A stretch of DNA of 64,000 bases, taken from the NCBI GenBank assembly GCA_965285935.1, contig OZ260665.1, forward strand, positions 67,208,001-67,272,000, read 5' to 3'. The DNA comes from Ophelia neglecta (Eukaryota). The position numbers and the translations under genes are program-made. This document shows, one piece after another, positions 27,684 to 41,105 of this stretch (its first letter is position 1; each line of letters begins with the position of its first letter). The notes under the pieces were generated by a model that was given only the letters and a program-made list of their open reading frames with translations, searched no databases and had not been told where the DNA came from.

Positions 27684-28748
27684 GTGACTGTACGCCGCCG
27701 GGCTTCTTGGAGGTCGCCCACCAGTGACTGTACGCCGCACGGCTTCTAAGAGGTCGCCCACCATTGACTGTACGCCGCCCGGCTTCTTGGAGGTCGCCCA
27801 CCAGTGACTGTACGCCGCCCGGCTTCTTGGAGGTCGCCCACCAGTGACTGTACGCCGTTCGGCTTCTTTAAGGTCGCCCACAATTGACGGTACGCCGCCC
27901 GGCTTCTTGGAGGTCGCCCACCAGTGACTGTACGCCGCCCGGCTTCTTGGAGGTCGCCCACCATTGACTGTACGCCGCCCGACTTCTTGGAGGTCGCCCA
28001 CCATTGACTGTACGCCGCCCGGCTTCTTGGAGGCCGCCCACCAGTGACTGTACGCCGCCCGGCTTTTTGGAGGTCGCCCACCATTGACTGTACGCCGCAC
28101 GGCTTCTTGGAGGTCGCCCACCAGTGACTGTACGCCGCACGGCTTCTTGGAGGTCGCCCACCAGTGACTGTACGCCGCACGGCTTCTTGGAGGTCGCCCA
28201 CCAGTGACTGTACGCCGCACGGCTTCTTGGAGGTCGCCCACCAGTGACTGTACGCCGCACGGCTTCTTGGAGGTCGCCCACCAGTGACTGTACGCCGCTT
28301 GGCTTCTTGGATGTCGCCCACCATTGACTGTACGCCGCTCGGCTTCTTGGAGGTCGCCCACCAGTGACTGTACGCCGCTCGGCTTCTTGGAGGTCGCCCA
28401 CCATAGATTGTACGCCGCTCGGCTTCTTGGAGGTTGCCCACCAGTGACTGTACGCTGCTCGGCTTCTTGGAGGTCGCCCACCATTGACTGTTCGGCTTCT
28501 TGGAGGTCGCCCACCAGTGACTGTACGCCGCTCGGCTTCTTGGAGGTTGCCCACCAGTGACTGTACGCCGCTTGGCTTCTTGGAGGTTGCCCACCAGTGA
28601 CTGTACGCCGCTCGGCTTCTTGGAGGTTGCCCACCAGTGACTGTACGCCGCTTGGCTTCTTGGAGGTCGCCCACCAGTGACTGTACGCCGCACGGCTTCT
28701 TGGAGGTCTCCCACCAGTGACTGTGCGCCCCTTAGCAGGTGCCCACCA
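27684..28748. repeat. GC-rich minisatellite, 40-bp unit, ~26 copies (CCAGTGACTGTACGCCGCNCGGCTTCTTGGAGGTCGCCCA)
   Basis: 40-bp periodicity; one unit near 28491 lacks 7 bp, which shifts the register. Confidence 0.97.
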
Positions 28749-29329
28749 CATCATTGTCATCGGCTACGTCCCTTTTAGACGCCCCCGCCTGACACTACCG
28801 ACCTTCACTAGGGTATTCGGACGTCGATCATCTCCTTTTCAATGAGCAAACCTCTTTGATTCGCTTCGCCCTGCCTGACATTGTAAATAACCAGTTGAGC
28901 CTTTTGCAAACAAGTACAAACCAGTATTTGTGCTTTATTTTATGTCCATCTAATTGTAATTGTAATGCATTTATCTTATTTTGTATGCATCATACAGCAT
29001 GCATCATTAGTACATATCCACATATATTAAACTTGTATAATCACAGGTTACCATATTCTTGTGAGAGTTCCCTTGTTGTTCTGCGGTTGGTTAATTTTAG
29101 GGTTCAACTTGACTATCTTGCTAGCCCTTATGAAACAACAAGTTTGTATAGACAAACCTTAAACTGCATTTTACATAGACAAGGGGAAATTGAATTGATT
29201 TATAATAAAATTAAGCAATGGTACACAGTGACTAAATCAGCTAGTTAAAACAGATTTTAAAATTCCATATTTTCCTGATAAATATTGCCAGGCCGTGATA
29301 AGTTTGCACTTTCTAAAGCAACAAACCAA

Positions 29330-31010
29330 ATTTAACTACGCTTGGCTTCTTGAAATAAAGTTCTGATATAGGGCCTTTATCGTTTCCTCGATGTCTTTAA
29401 TATTATTATCCCCTGTACATTCTAAAATAGTGTGGAATTCGTCGCCTATTTCCGGTTTACAGTATCACATATTTGTCTGTGCCTATCAACTTTAGTGACT
29501 TTATGCTTTTCAACTTCAATATGGCGATTGTGGTTGCTGGTGCGAAATTTAATCAGGCAGTACAGCAAATCACTATCCACAGTTGGCAAATATGTCTCAA
29601 AATTTAAATCCGTTTTGAAAACTCTGTAGGTAGAGCAGATAGACCAGTTATCAATGTTATGAAGCCACTGCTGCTTAAAATGTTTCCAGTTTCATCAAAG
29701 ATTTTCTTAATGTAAGATAACAATAAACATTTGTACCGGTCATTTATATACTGGTTTTTCATATATTCAAGTAATTTGTAACTGAGTATGCTAATTTTCC
29801 CATTGATTCATCAACACCAGTACCCCCACAGTTCTGGATTTATTGGTGATTTCTAGCGTTTGTCTCGAAGCTTTCAGGATACCATATTATTGCCTCAGGG
29901 TGTATTTACAAAATCTTTCTTTTTCAATAATATCATTATTTCCAGCCCCTCGTATTTCGCATCCGTATGTCAGGATAGGTACAATCATTTAATCATAAAG
30001 ATCACATAGCATATCCAATGGTATGTTAAGTGTTGTTGCTTTATTTAAGAGTCTAATTGTGGCCTCGCGGGCTTGTTATACACGGTGAACTTTACACGAT
30101 TTGAAATTTCCGTTGAATTTTAATATAACATAGAGATATTTGAACTCATAGCCAACCTCTAACTTTTCTTCATTATTATTTATGTACTTAAACTTTTTAA
30201 ATTCCAGGTTTTACTAAAGAATTGTAGATCTTTTAGACCCTTCTTAATCATACCCGATGTATGACCGCTGTAATAGCATCATCAGCATACATTAAAACCA
30301 GCAGATCAATAATTTCCTCTGGAACAAAATAGATTCCAGGGCTATCAGAATTTATAAGATCGTTTTCTATATCATTTACATACAAGGAAAATATCAGTGG
30401 TGATAAGATTCCCCTTGCCTCAGGCCTGTTAGACTATCAAAGTAATCCGATTTCATTCTGTTTACAGAGACACATGATTAAACATTTCTGAACATTTTTA
30501 ATTGAACAATTTGGGTGTTAGCACAAATGCCTTGGCTCTCAAGCTTGAGCCATAATCCGTCTCTTCATGCAAAATCAAAAACCTTTTCATAATCAACCAA
30601 AAGGTAAAATGGTTCCTTTTTCTGATACAGATATTTTTCTAGAATTCAACTGAGTGACGAATAGTGACCTACAGTGCTGTACTCCTTTCTAAACGTAGCC
30701 TGGTTTTCTTTCAATATTTCATCATTCTCTACAACAAGTGTAAGTCCACTGTTAAGTACCGAAGTAAACAGTATTCCATCACAGGATAACTAATCATGTC
30801 AGATTTACAGCCTGTGTGGGAATTAAATTCGCCACATAGCAAAAGGTTTTTGTCTTCTAGGCCAAAGGTCATGTCATGTTCAAGCTCGTCCAGTAGATCG
30901 TTAGAAAACTAGGTTGATCCTCTTGGATGTATAAATACATTTGCCAGTATCAAAGGTTTGGCGTTATCTGTCACTTTATTAGATAATTCTAGCCATTGTC
31001 AACAAGATGA
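29330..31010 (-). mobile_element. Decayed non-LTR retrotransposon (LINE) ORF2: endonuclease remnant plus reverse transcriptase
   Basis: The minus strand gives, in the expected order, LLLCGEFNS (APE GDFN-like, ~30820-30845), FRKEYSTV, VDYEK.FD, GLRQG.NLSPLIFSLYVNDIE, LLVLMYADDA (YADD at 30278-30289) and MIVPILTYGCEI, broken by stops and frameshifts. Ends are approximate. Confidence 0.85.
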
Positions 31011-34000
31011 GCCAGTAGGGTGATATTTAACATAAGGTAACAGGATCTGTTTAATAGCTCTACTAACAATCTTGGCAAAACATGATAGTTCTGTTTATCA
31101 AACATATGATTTATAGAATCAAGGTCGGTTCATTTAGCTTTTGGCTCTTGAATACGCAATCCTTTGCCTGCTTTTATGAATGACATGAAATTATTTTTAT
31201 TAGCCAGTGAGCCACGTCACATGCTTTTAAGCAGTCTATATTGAGAGTTTGTTTGTTACTGGAGTATTTATTCTATGCTCCGAGTTCGTCCTAACTATCG
31301 TTTGCCAGTGGTCTAAATCGGTTGATCCATACCCTCGGCGGGTATTACTAATTAAAGAGTTTTCGAAAGTTGTAATTTTAAGTTTGGCACGATGCCTACA
31401 CGGTTTGCAAATAGTTTATCAGCGGTACAAAACCACCAAGCTGTGGACTAGACTAGTGATATGCAGTGCTGTTCTCTGCTGGATAAGAAGCGGTAAGAGA
31501 CCACATGATGTCGTCTCCGAATGGCTTTATGGTTATCAAATAAATCAGATACGCTTTAGTAGCTAAACTGAGCATAGAATATTAATACAAAAGTAAAATA
31601 ATCATAATAATAAATATAAAACCACTGTGGGCGGCGGGAAATTTCGACGATTTACTTGCAAGAGAATCCTTGCAAAAGAGGTGGAAAAATTCATATCGAG
31701 ATACTCTTCAATGTGTTTTAATGTAAACTTAACATTTATGTTAAACCTGCATTCACTAGCGTTAGGTAAAAACCTTTGATGACGCTTAGTGTTTTTACAT
31801 TATATAAAACAGGACGATAAAAGCTGCCAGCGAGATTACCCCGAATTGATAATATACGTGTATGTAAATCTAAAACGGCTGGTGAGAGATCAAAGGTGAG
31901 ACACACCAACTAGACCTTGCTAGATGGCCAAGGTTGATATTTGGTCCCTGGATCTAGTTCTGCTTTTTGTGAAAATACCTTTACTATAATATTTGTAATC
32001 TGTGTGAGGGTGGTTTCAGGCTGTTCCTGGTAAATGTAGTTATGGCCAAATGTACTATATAGCTCCACTCTCCAGAAAGTTAAGGAAGGAAGAATGATGA
32101 ATCATACCACTCAATTGATCAATCAATCGTAAGGATTTTTGTCTGGAATTTTCCCTGCAGGAAGTAGGGAATGGGGGGGGGGGAGCTTCTTTCATATCTG
32201 TGGGGTGGAGAAAGGGTGTATGCAATAATAATATCCGAGGGTGGAAGGATCTATTGTCATGTGTCCGGAGTTGTGTAACCCTGGGATAAAAAAACTATTA
32301 TCCCGGAGGCGGGGGGGGGGGGGGGGGGGAAGATTCAAAGCCATCATGCTAATTATCGGCTTAGCTGACTATCCATGTTTCTAGTATCAAAGACATCATT
32401 ACTATTAATACCAAATGCAAAATCTAGTTTTAAAAAAGCTGCCCCTCACACTATACCACCTAGTTAAGGAGTATGCTGATTATAACCCTTGAAGCAAAGC
32501 AAATCTGGGGCCAAGGGTGAAGGTGCCATTTCTAGCGAGTCCAGAGGGGCAGGGGGGGGGGGGGCGAAAATAAAATGCCCCCCCCCCTCTTCATTATCTG
32601 AATAAGGCATTATCCCAAAGAAAAGTTGACTTCCTCTTCCTTATCTGTCGGGACATCTCTAACAGTTAAGTTTTCTTTTCATGTGAACCCATTCAATTCA
32701 TTACCTGGCTTATAGCGCCCGCCTTACTGACGTCCTTGAATACAGTGTTCGCTACCTTAACGAACAGCATTTTATTACATTTGAAATGCCATCAAATTTG
32801 TATGTTGTCGTTAACTGCATTAGCTGATAGGACTGGCTGCTTTTAAACGGTAGGTATCTTTATTTGTCGCTTTTTGGGGGTATGAAATGGTTTAACATTA
32901 TCAATTTCAAAAGTATTTGTTAGTATTTGTGTTTGTTGATAGCATTAATCGGGCGGAATAACTAAGAAGACACTCATGATAGAGCTGACGTTAGCCGTAC
33001 CTGTTGATATTCCCGGTATAAAATCACGTCGAGTTGCGATGACTGAAGTTCGTGACCGTCATGGTTAGCTGTGTGAAAGTTTCATAAAAATACGATGTTA
33101 TATGTACTTGAAAAAACACGTGTACGCGCAAGAAAGTGAAGGGCTGGAGGATTTCCTAAAGCCGCTTCAAAAATTACACATCCAAATTATTTGCAAAGCT
33201 CCCTAAGAAGCCGTTTGCAAATTTACCAACACAATCTGCCGTTTCCCAGCTCATATTCAAACATTGAAGGGGTTATAGTTAGCCATCCAGTGCAAAGATA
33301 ATATGCGGTTTTTTTGAGATCCCAATGTCGGGTATTATATAACAGTTAATCTTAATTGTATTGATTCATAGATATCCACATATCTGATTTATATAATGAA
33401 TATTAGAAATTAGTACTGAAATATGGAATTACAGGTTCATGGGGAAAATATCATCTAATTTAAATGAGCTCAGAAATCAAAAAAAGAAACAAATTTCAAC
33501 TAATTCCCTTAGGCTCCAAAAAATGATAAATCGAGGATTTTGTCAGAACATTTTCCGCTAAAACTATTGCGCATTTTGGCAGAAATATTTTTGCGGATCT
33601 TGACATAAACAGTTTCGCGAAACGTGCTCTCTCAAACGACCGTTGTTTTGTTTTTGCTTTTTCTTTTGAAGGATGCAAATAGGAAAAACAAATTTATTAT
33701 AGCACAGAAAGGGCAAACCGCGAACAGAAACAAATTGCAGGTTATACATAATCAAGCCAGACATGTATTTTACACCTTTTCTCTCACAAAAATAACTTGT
33801 ATAGCCCCACTCCCCATTATGATAACAATTACATTGCCCCGGTAGGTGAGAGCAAAAAAAAATCACATTACCCATATCCCACTTTGCCCCACCCCTCTCC
33901 CCCGTCCTTGTTCGAGACTAGTTAACATATTCTTTTACAATAATGAGTGTAATGACCAAGTCATAAGGCGGTATTATTAAACTAGCAATTCTTTCATTTA

Positions 34001-36924
34001 TTACTGGACTAAGCAACACGGTGTGACTTGTTCACGGATTTCATCTTATTACTCAGAGCACTGTTTCTTGCTACACTATTTTACCGTTAATCTCCGTCTA
34101 CATACTCGGCACAAATAACTTTCTTTGCACACTGCGAAGTTTTTCCTGTGTGCACATTATCAAGAGGCACTTGCACATGTTCAAGTAAAACTTATATTTC
34201 CAAATATCAACAACCTCAAAGGTACAAGAAGTCGGCCACGCCTTTCTGATTCAACCGAATACACTTCAGCTATATATAAACTACATTTCAAGCTTGGGTA
34301 ATGACAAGTAGTATTATAATTATAGAAAAAAACAAGCTAGTCATTTGTAATCTAAAGTAGTTTTCAGCTAGATAATGATCGAGGCCGCCGGGCTTCCCAG
34401 ACCTGAACCATTATCTGGCAGAATGCTGACATCCTCAAGGTTAGAGATATAAGCGTAATATATATCATGAGAAGAAGTCCGCCTACATTGGCCCTACACT
34501 AGCTTGGTCCAATTACTTAAGGTCTGCCGAATATAGCAGTTTTTTCTTCTTCGTACTTGACCGTTTTAGGCATTAAGGATAAAACAGGTCAATTACTAGC
34601 TAAACATTCACATTTTCATTAAGTACATGCCAAGATATTGTGGTCAGGGGTCCTGTCAGGGTGTAACTGACAGTGAATAATAATGTACTGAACAATGATA
34701 AGCAATACCTGCATAGCGTATAGGGCGTGGTTGAATATGTATTTCTTCATAACTGCCCCAACCATGCTGGTGGACGTAATTTAAACTTTCAGCAGGACTG
34801 CAGCCGACTGTTAAAGTCAGAGAAATCCGAAAGCGGGACGTTCTGCTTATTGTTAGCAGCAAAACCCTGGAATGAAGATGTTGTGTGGATGCGCCAACGA
34901 ATTTAGTATAATTTGGATTGCTTAAGAGAAACTGCCCATAAATTTTGCCGCTATTTGTAAAACAAATATGCACCAAATCTAGATTTTATCGGACGATAAA
35001 ATCAAAGACTTCTTGTCCTCTTGTTTGGCAAAGCATTAAGTAGATTCGTTCTAGGCTAGTCATGTTCATAATTAAACTGCGGGAAAACCGATATTTAAGA
35101 CTGTACAATGTAGGCTGTCCAGGGACTAAAAACAGAAACAGAATTTGTATAAGTTCTAAGTAATCTTAGCCATTTTAGCTTTTTGCACAACCTTTCCTTT
35201 GAGCCGGTTTTTTGTGTGGAAAAAGTTGGAAATGTTGAACAAACAGATAGCTCATCTACTATGCCGCCTAATTCCTGAAATGTGACAGTTAGTTCTTAAT
35301 TCACAGAAGAGGGGGCATAAAAAGTTGTGCATTCAACGGTGTTTTCATATGAAAGCCAATTGTCAAACGATAATGTTTTTAAAGACGCATCTTTCTTGTA
35401 TATCTGCCCCTTTTCGTCACACCTTTATGAATTTGTTTTTAATTCGTCGTAGCTACAAATCACCTGCTCGTCCTACCTCAGGCAGCTCGTAAGAAAACTG
35501 TGTACGAGTTAGTGTTAGAACCTACTTGGGCGCCCTATATGTACAGCTTAGGTTTATTTACTGAACGACCATTTCGATCTAATCTACTTTTCATAGGTCT
35601 GCAAAAGTGCACAGCATGCTATAAGATTATATATTGGGACTCATTGCATCACACATCTGGGGCCGATATTAAGCCGGCGATTTTCGGTTGAAAAACCATA
35701 AACGGGTCAACACATTACTATATTTTTATTCCAATATCAGATTTGTCTTATTTCTTATGTATTTGCCCCGTCTAAGATACCCCTTCTAATATGCCTTTAT
35801 GAAGTCTTTTTTCACCAGCCTGGCTTCCACTCAGCTTGTGGTAGAATGATGTACGATGTCAACAGAATTCCTTGCGCGCCCTATCACTGGTAAAGACACT
35901 TAACCGTGGTATAAGGCATTTAGATCAACGTAAACTAACGTATTCATCAGCTAGTTATCTATGAGAATAAACATAACACTTTGTGGCCTCGTATATGCAG
36001 GGAGCTCCGCAGGACACGGTTATGATTGAATACCAAAAGTACAAATAAGGTTGATAGCTTGAAAAAAGTTTGGACAATTGACATTATCTGACTATCAGTA
36101 AAAAGTAATCATAATGGTTGTGGTGGTTCCTGTAGATTTCGGCTAATGTTATCGACTATCATTGGTTACGGATTGGCTCACGGACACCCAGTCCCGTTTT
36201 TCGTACTCACTGCAATGCTTATAGATACTGACAATGCAACACTTTGACAAAGGTTTGGGTCAGGCACAATATATCTTCGGTAACGTCAATGAAAGCATAA
36301 AATAATACGGTTACATGTACTTTATACACTCATATTGATACATTACTGAAGTGACGGGGATTTCTAATAATTCTATATGGCCTAATACAAGCGTTGTTGA
36401 TACGCTGATTGTCACAGGCTTATTCAAATATGTCACATTTTAGAGTGACAACAATCGTACGAAAGAAGGTAAACCAAATGTACCAGGCTATAATGCTAAA
36501 TGTAAAAATAGAAAGTTAGCTGTGAAAATGCCAGCAGAAAGTTTAGGCATGACAAGAGGGATGCAAATTTTAGAAACCTTGGGTCTTCAGGGAAAGCATA
36601 CAGAAGGGAAGTAAATGAATATGAAAAACAGGTAATTAAGCATTAGCAAGTCCCTTTGCTATTAATACAAAGATGATGGATCGCTTGAGTTATCCTTAAA
36701 CGGCAGCTATTTTGACTGATATTAACCACCAAATGGGGTCAACCACGATTACCCATGCAGTCAAGCATGCCATATTCCTGTTTTGCACACTGCCCGCTCC
36801 AAAGCCTTCACCTAAACGTTAATACAAGTTTAATTTTCTTGTGACAGTGACGCTTGCAGAACATGCCTGACTTTTGTCTGCCACCGTACACATTCTCCGT
36901 ACTGAGACGTGCCTCCTCCCTGTG

Positions 36925-39900
36925 ATGTACGACCTATTTCGGCGGCCGGGAGCTCCCACCCTTTATGCTGCTTCTAAAACGCCAGCTTCTCATGATGTGC
37001 TATTGCTGGGGATTTTCTATTGCGGACTTGTTCTTTTTGTCTCATTTCTTGTCATATTACCAGGCTACCGAGGCTATAAAGTAGGTTATGGTAGATATGA
37101 TAAATACTACTAATAAGCCAAACCATTTACCAAAGTTTTTTTCGTGCTTTCAATTATCACGAATTGTTAGTAAACTAAGTAATGTACTTTGCATTTGCAA
37201 GAAAGTTGTACAATTTGCATAACAATTATTTTTTGAAGAGTCAACTATGTAGATATTCCAGTTTCGCTTTGTTCTATTCAGGCTTTGTTCTACCTAATTC
37301 GGATGTTCACTGGACTGTTCATTTTAATTTCAATAGTAGGTAAGACAGAAATATTATCCGGTATTTTCCGGCAAAAGTATTTTGTTCACGATATATTTTA
37401 GCGTTTAGTATTTCACGTTCATCGAATGTCAAAGAGTAACTTTGTCAAAGCGATAATAACTGATATATATTGTTGCATTGTTTAAGTAGTTTATTTTTCA
37501 TTTCAACAGTCTGTAACTTTGGGTCAAGTTGGGAAACAGCGGAAGTGACGTCTTATGTTCCATATCGTGCCGGGATAGGCGATCACATAAAAGCGGATAT
37601 CACGGTGTACATAGCACTCAGAGGGATCAACATCACTCTGAAAAGTGCGATTCAGTTAAGAATTATTACTTCCTTTATTTTCCTAATTGTACAGAGGAGC
37701 TTGCAGAAAAAAAATTAGCCTAACAAAGTACAATAATCAATCAACTGAGGATTGTCAACTTTTATTTTGATTGCACCCAAAGCAAAAAAAAGATTTGTCC
37801 ATAGTGCCCCGTTTCTTTCTGTTGGCGCCCTGCCTTCGATCAGGCCTACAGTCTTGTTAGCATTAAATTTTCGCGGAAAATGCAACAACTAATTTTCGCG
37901 GTATGATATTTCCGAGCTTTCTGGTCCTGTTGGAACCAATTCATGTTTTAGCGTAATCTGTGCCGCTCAAGCAGCGCTGTCTAAGTGGCCCTGCTGCTCT
38001 GGCGGCGACTCGGTGCGCCGGGTCACGTGGGAAGGGTTATTTATTTGTTTGACCTCCAGTGAAGCGCAGAATAAGGTAGCCAAGCCTATAGTACGAAATA
38101 AAGACCGTTCATAATCGCACGCATTGATGGTTAACCTGAACCCAAAGCCAGCCTTTTTTCACGTTATACATTTAAGTAATATATCTTTTGTTTATTTGGA
38201 CCGGGGGAAATTTGAAAATAAGAACAATCGTCAAATGTTTAATTGGACTTCATTTTTGCAGGCAATCCGGAGAGGGTGTTACTGGCAAATGGGAGATTCA
38301 ATGAGACCATCAATTACAATGAGAGGTTTTCATGGAACAATGAAGGGTGGACCGCTGGTCAAGGCGCTTACGGATCATCAGGTCGGCTTGTGTGGCTGTT
38401 TTCTTCGATTCTTATGTCCGATTTCTGTGCCAAGCTTGAAAAAGGAAAGTATATATAGAGATATAGAGATATATGGAAGTCCTTTCTAGCGGAGTAAGTT
38501 GACGCAGATGTCGGCCGTTGCTTTATAATGCAGACGTTTGTTTCAGATGGCCTTTTCAACACTGACTTCAGGGCGGCCAAAGAGACGGGAAAACCTATTG
38601 CCATATTGTCGATAGCCGAGTACTTTGTTTTAGATGGAGGCGACTTCCGGTGGGGGCGCTATTATCGGGATGCTGGCTTCTATATCCACGGTTTGCTATG
38701 GTAAATAGTTAGAGTTTAGTTGTGCTGTCTCCTTCAACAAAAAGTATACGTTTGCTTTACTCCATGATTACTTGCTTTTTGGCCAGAATTAATCGAATAT
38801 CATAGCGTAATGGGAAATACTTCCTAACCATACATACACTGACAAATTTAGTATTTGTAATTGTTTGTGACGTTTTTCTAGGCTGGCCCTGCCAATGTGG
38901 TTGTTGGGTGTCATGACATTTTATACGGTCCTGCCCTATGGAGCCTATTTTTCTCTGGCTACTGGCTGTTTGCTGGTAATAGCCAGTATAATTTACAAAG
39001 AATACAGACCACGTCGGGCCCTCATTATACCGTTTGAGGAAGGCAGTCTGGAGTTCCACGTGGGATGGTGTTTCATACTTTGTCTATTTACTGGTATGTA
39101 CAGGAGAAACAAACCAAAACAAAGTTGATTGGGCTTTTCTTCATTGCAATCCACTATATCCCTGATTTTTTGTACATTGCGTTATCACAGGGACTTTTAT
39201 AGTCATATTATATCATTCCATTTAGGCATGTTGTGTATTGTGATTGGCATTGTTGTTGTTTACCTTGACGAAAAATCGCCTGAAACCCTGCGGACCTTCT
39301 TTGATATAGATATCGGCCTAGATGAGGAGGAGGAAGTTGTTCGTGGGTGGCATTCGTATAGTCTAGTCCAGTTTAATTGTAAATCGAACAAATTAAAGAA
39401 TATTCCGCCGGGGACAGACAATAACTTCTTGAAAATAATATCCTTAATAATATTCTTACAAAGCTCTCCAGTATGTCAGTAGAAAATAAATTGATGGGTG
39501 AGGTCATTTTTAGGGCTACCGAGAATCGGAGACGTGTCTCAAGGTGATTTCAACCGCCCCAGTATCAATGTGGTTGAGTGTGAAGACTTCAGGCAGGAAG
39601 GCGCGCCGCGTGATGTACGAGTACTGGCTTTATTCGCCGGCGCATTAATTCATTTTATTCAGAATATTTGACCGGACCTATAGACCGGTTTTTTTTATTA
39701 TATACAGGCGTTAATTGATAGTGTGGATCTCGTAGACCGGCCTTTTATGTACATACCTGCGTTTCTCATAGACCAGAACTTATGTTCAGCCTATAGGGTA
39801 CATCAAATTGGACTATAATTCTAACTCAAAATATTCCAACGTGGCATTTTTTAGAGACTCACCAGAATAAGACGAATCCATCATAAAAACACAATCGGAT

Positions 39901-40400
39901 CAATAAAATTGTCACTTACTAAGAGAATCACAGGGCCTCGACTAACATCCTCGGGAAACCACAACAGAACACCTCGAGTCACCGCCAGGGGGAAGTCCGT
40001 GAAGCAGACGGTCGGAACGAGAGACAGCAGCTTTCGGGGACTGCAACCTCGCAGCCCTTCTTCATTTAGAAGTAAACATTCCAATGGTGAAGAGAACTTT
40101 GCAGCTGATTGTAGTAATGAACTCTCCAGGCAAAAAAGGCAAAGTTTACCAGAGGAAGTGATTTTGAATTTCCCAGAAGACAACAATGAGTCCAGCCCTA
40201 AAGGTGCCAATGGAAGTAGGGCACCAATATGCCAAAGTAAATCTCTACCCCTCTCAGATGCAGCATATCTCAATCGAAATGTCACGCAGGTACACTCCAT
40301 ACCCGGAAGCCATTTATCTCGCATCAATGAGGCCAGCACAGATGACCTGGACGAATCAAATGCTGGAGATGTTGATCGGGCAGTGTCTCCTTGGAGGTGA
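36925..40400 (+). CDS. DUOXA1: Dual oxidase maturation factor (DUOXA/NIP family), ~532 aa; exons 36925-37080, 37282-37339, 37510-37644, 38262-38381, 38547-38700, 38882-39093, 39226-39342, 39514-39614, 39855-40400
   Basis: Frame-consistent GT-AG exons encode SFLVILPGYRG, CNFGSSWE, IALRGINITL, NETINYNERFSW, AKETGKPIAILSIAEYF, WGRYYRDAGFY, LEFHVGWCFILCLFTG and five hydrophobic segments. Boundaries of exons 7-8 are less certain (alternative phase-0 donor after 39620). The symbol denotes the family; it is not orthology to DUOXA1 versus DUOXA2. Confidence 0.9.
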
Positions 40401-40781
40401 AAAAGAACCTTTATTGCGGGAATATTTCGAAAATTCACTTTCAATTAGGTCATTTAATCAATTGCTGCAGTCGTCACGCTTATCCATGTCTAAATTTTCG
40501 ATATTTTATATTGAAGTCACACCCTGCAAATCATCTTCCATACTCTATACGATTGATTTATATGGTTCATTTTAATTTTCAGCTTTAATAAATCAGAATT
40601 CGTAACGGGCTTGGACGTTCATGATGACCATGATGAATCGATGGTATAGCTGAATAATACAGGCGGAAAAATATCAAGCGTAGTTTGAGGCTGTGCCGCC
40701 AGGGTCTTACAGTAACGTATGTGCACGGAACATGTAAAAGAAGCCTGTCTGTATGACAGATCACATGGGGACCTCTAGGCC

Positions 40782-41105
40782 TATACTATCAGGGTTCAAC
40801 TGGACCTGTTTCCAGTTGCACCATACTGGTTCCGGACTAGGGAACTGAGGACAAAAAAAGTAAAAGTTGCAACGGTTGCTGGCCACACCATGATATAACG
40901 CTGGCACCAAGTAAAGTTGCACGAGATCCGGCGCGCTTTGCCAGATTAAAAAAGATATTGTTTACATGTTAATTATGAAACTATAAAAAAAATTTAATGC
41001 CTCGCATTTGTCTCTGGTACAAATAATTTAGATATTTGTAACTTCCGTGTTTGAAATGGTTTATATAGCTACGCCCGATCCAAGGCTCTGTCTTCATCCG
41101 ATATC
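40782..41105 (+). mobile_element. Dispersed repeat, copy 2, just 3' of the DUOXA stop codon
   Basis: Collinear with 14183-14500, with an extra ~35-bp internal segment. Confidence 0.7.

Noticed and set aside
27663-28760. Three overlapping 268-365 aa minus-strand ORFs
   Set aside because: Same artefact from a stop-free 40-bp unit; the 7-bp deletion shows no frame constraint.
33361-33390. Possible third CATAGATAT footprint (tgatt-catagatatccacatatc-tgatt)
   Set aside because: The right terminus is incomplete and only a 5-bp flank repeat is present; too weak to count.
39881-40444. 187-aa minus-strand ORF
   Set aside because: Antisense shadow of the last DUOXA exon.
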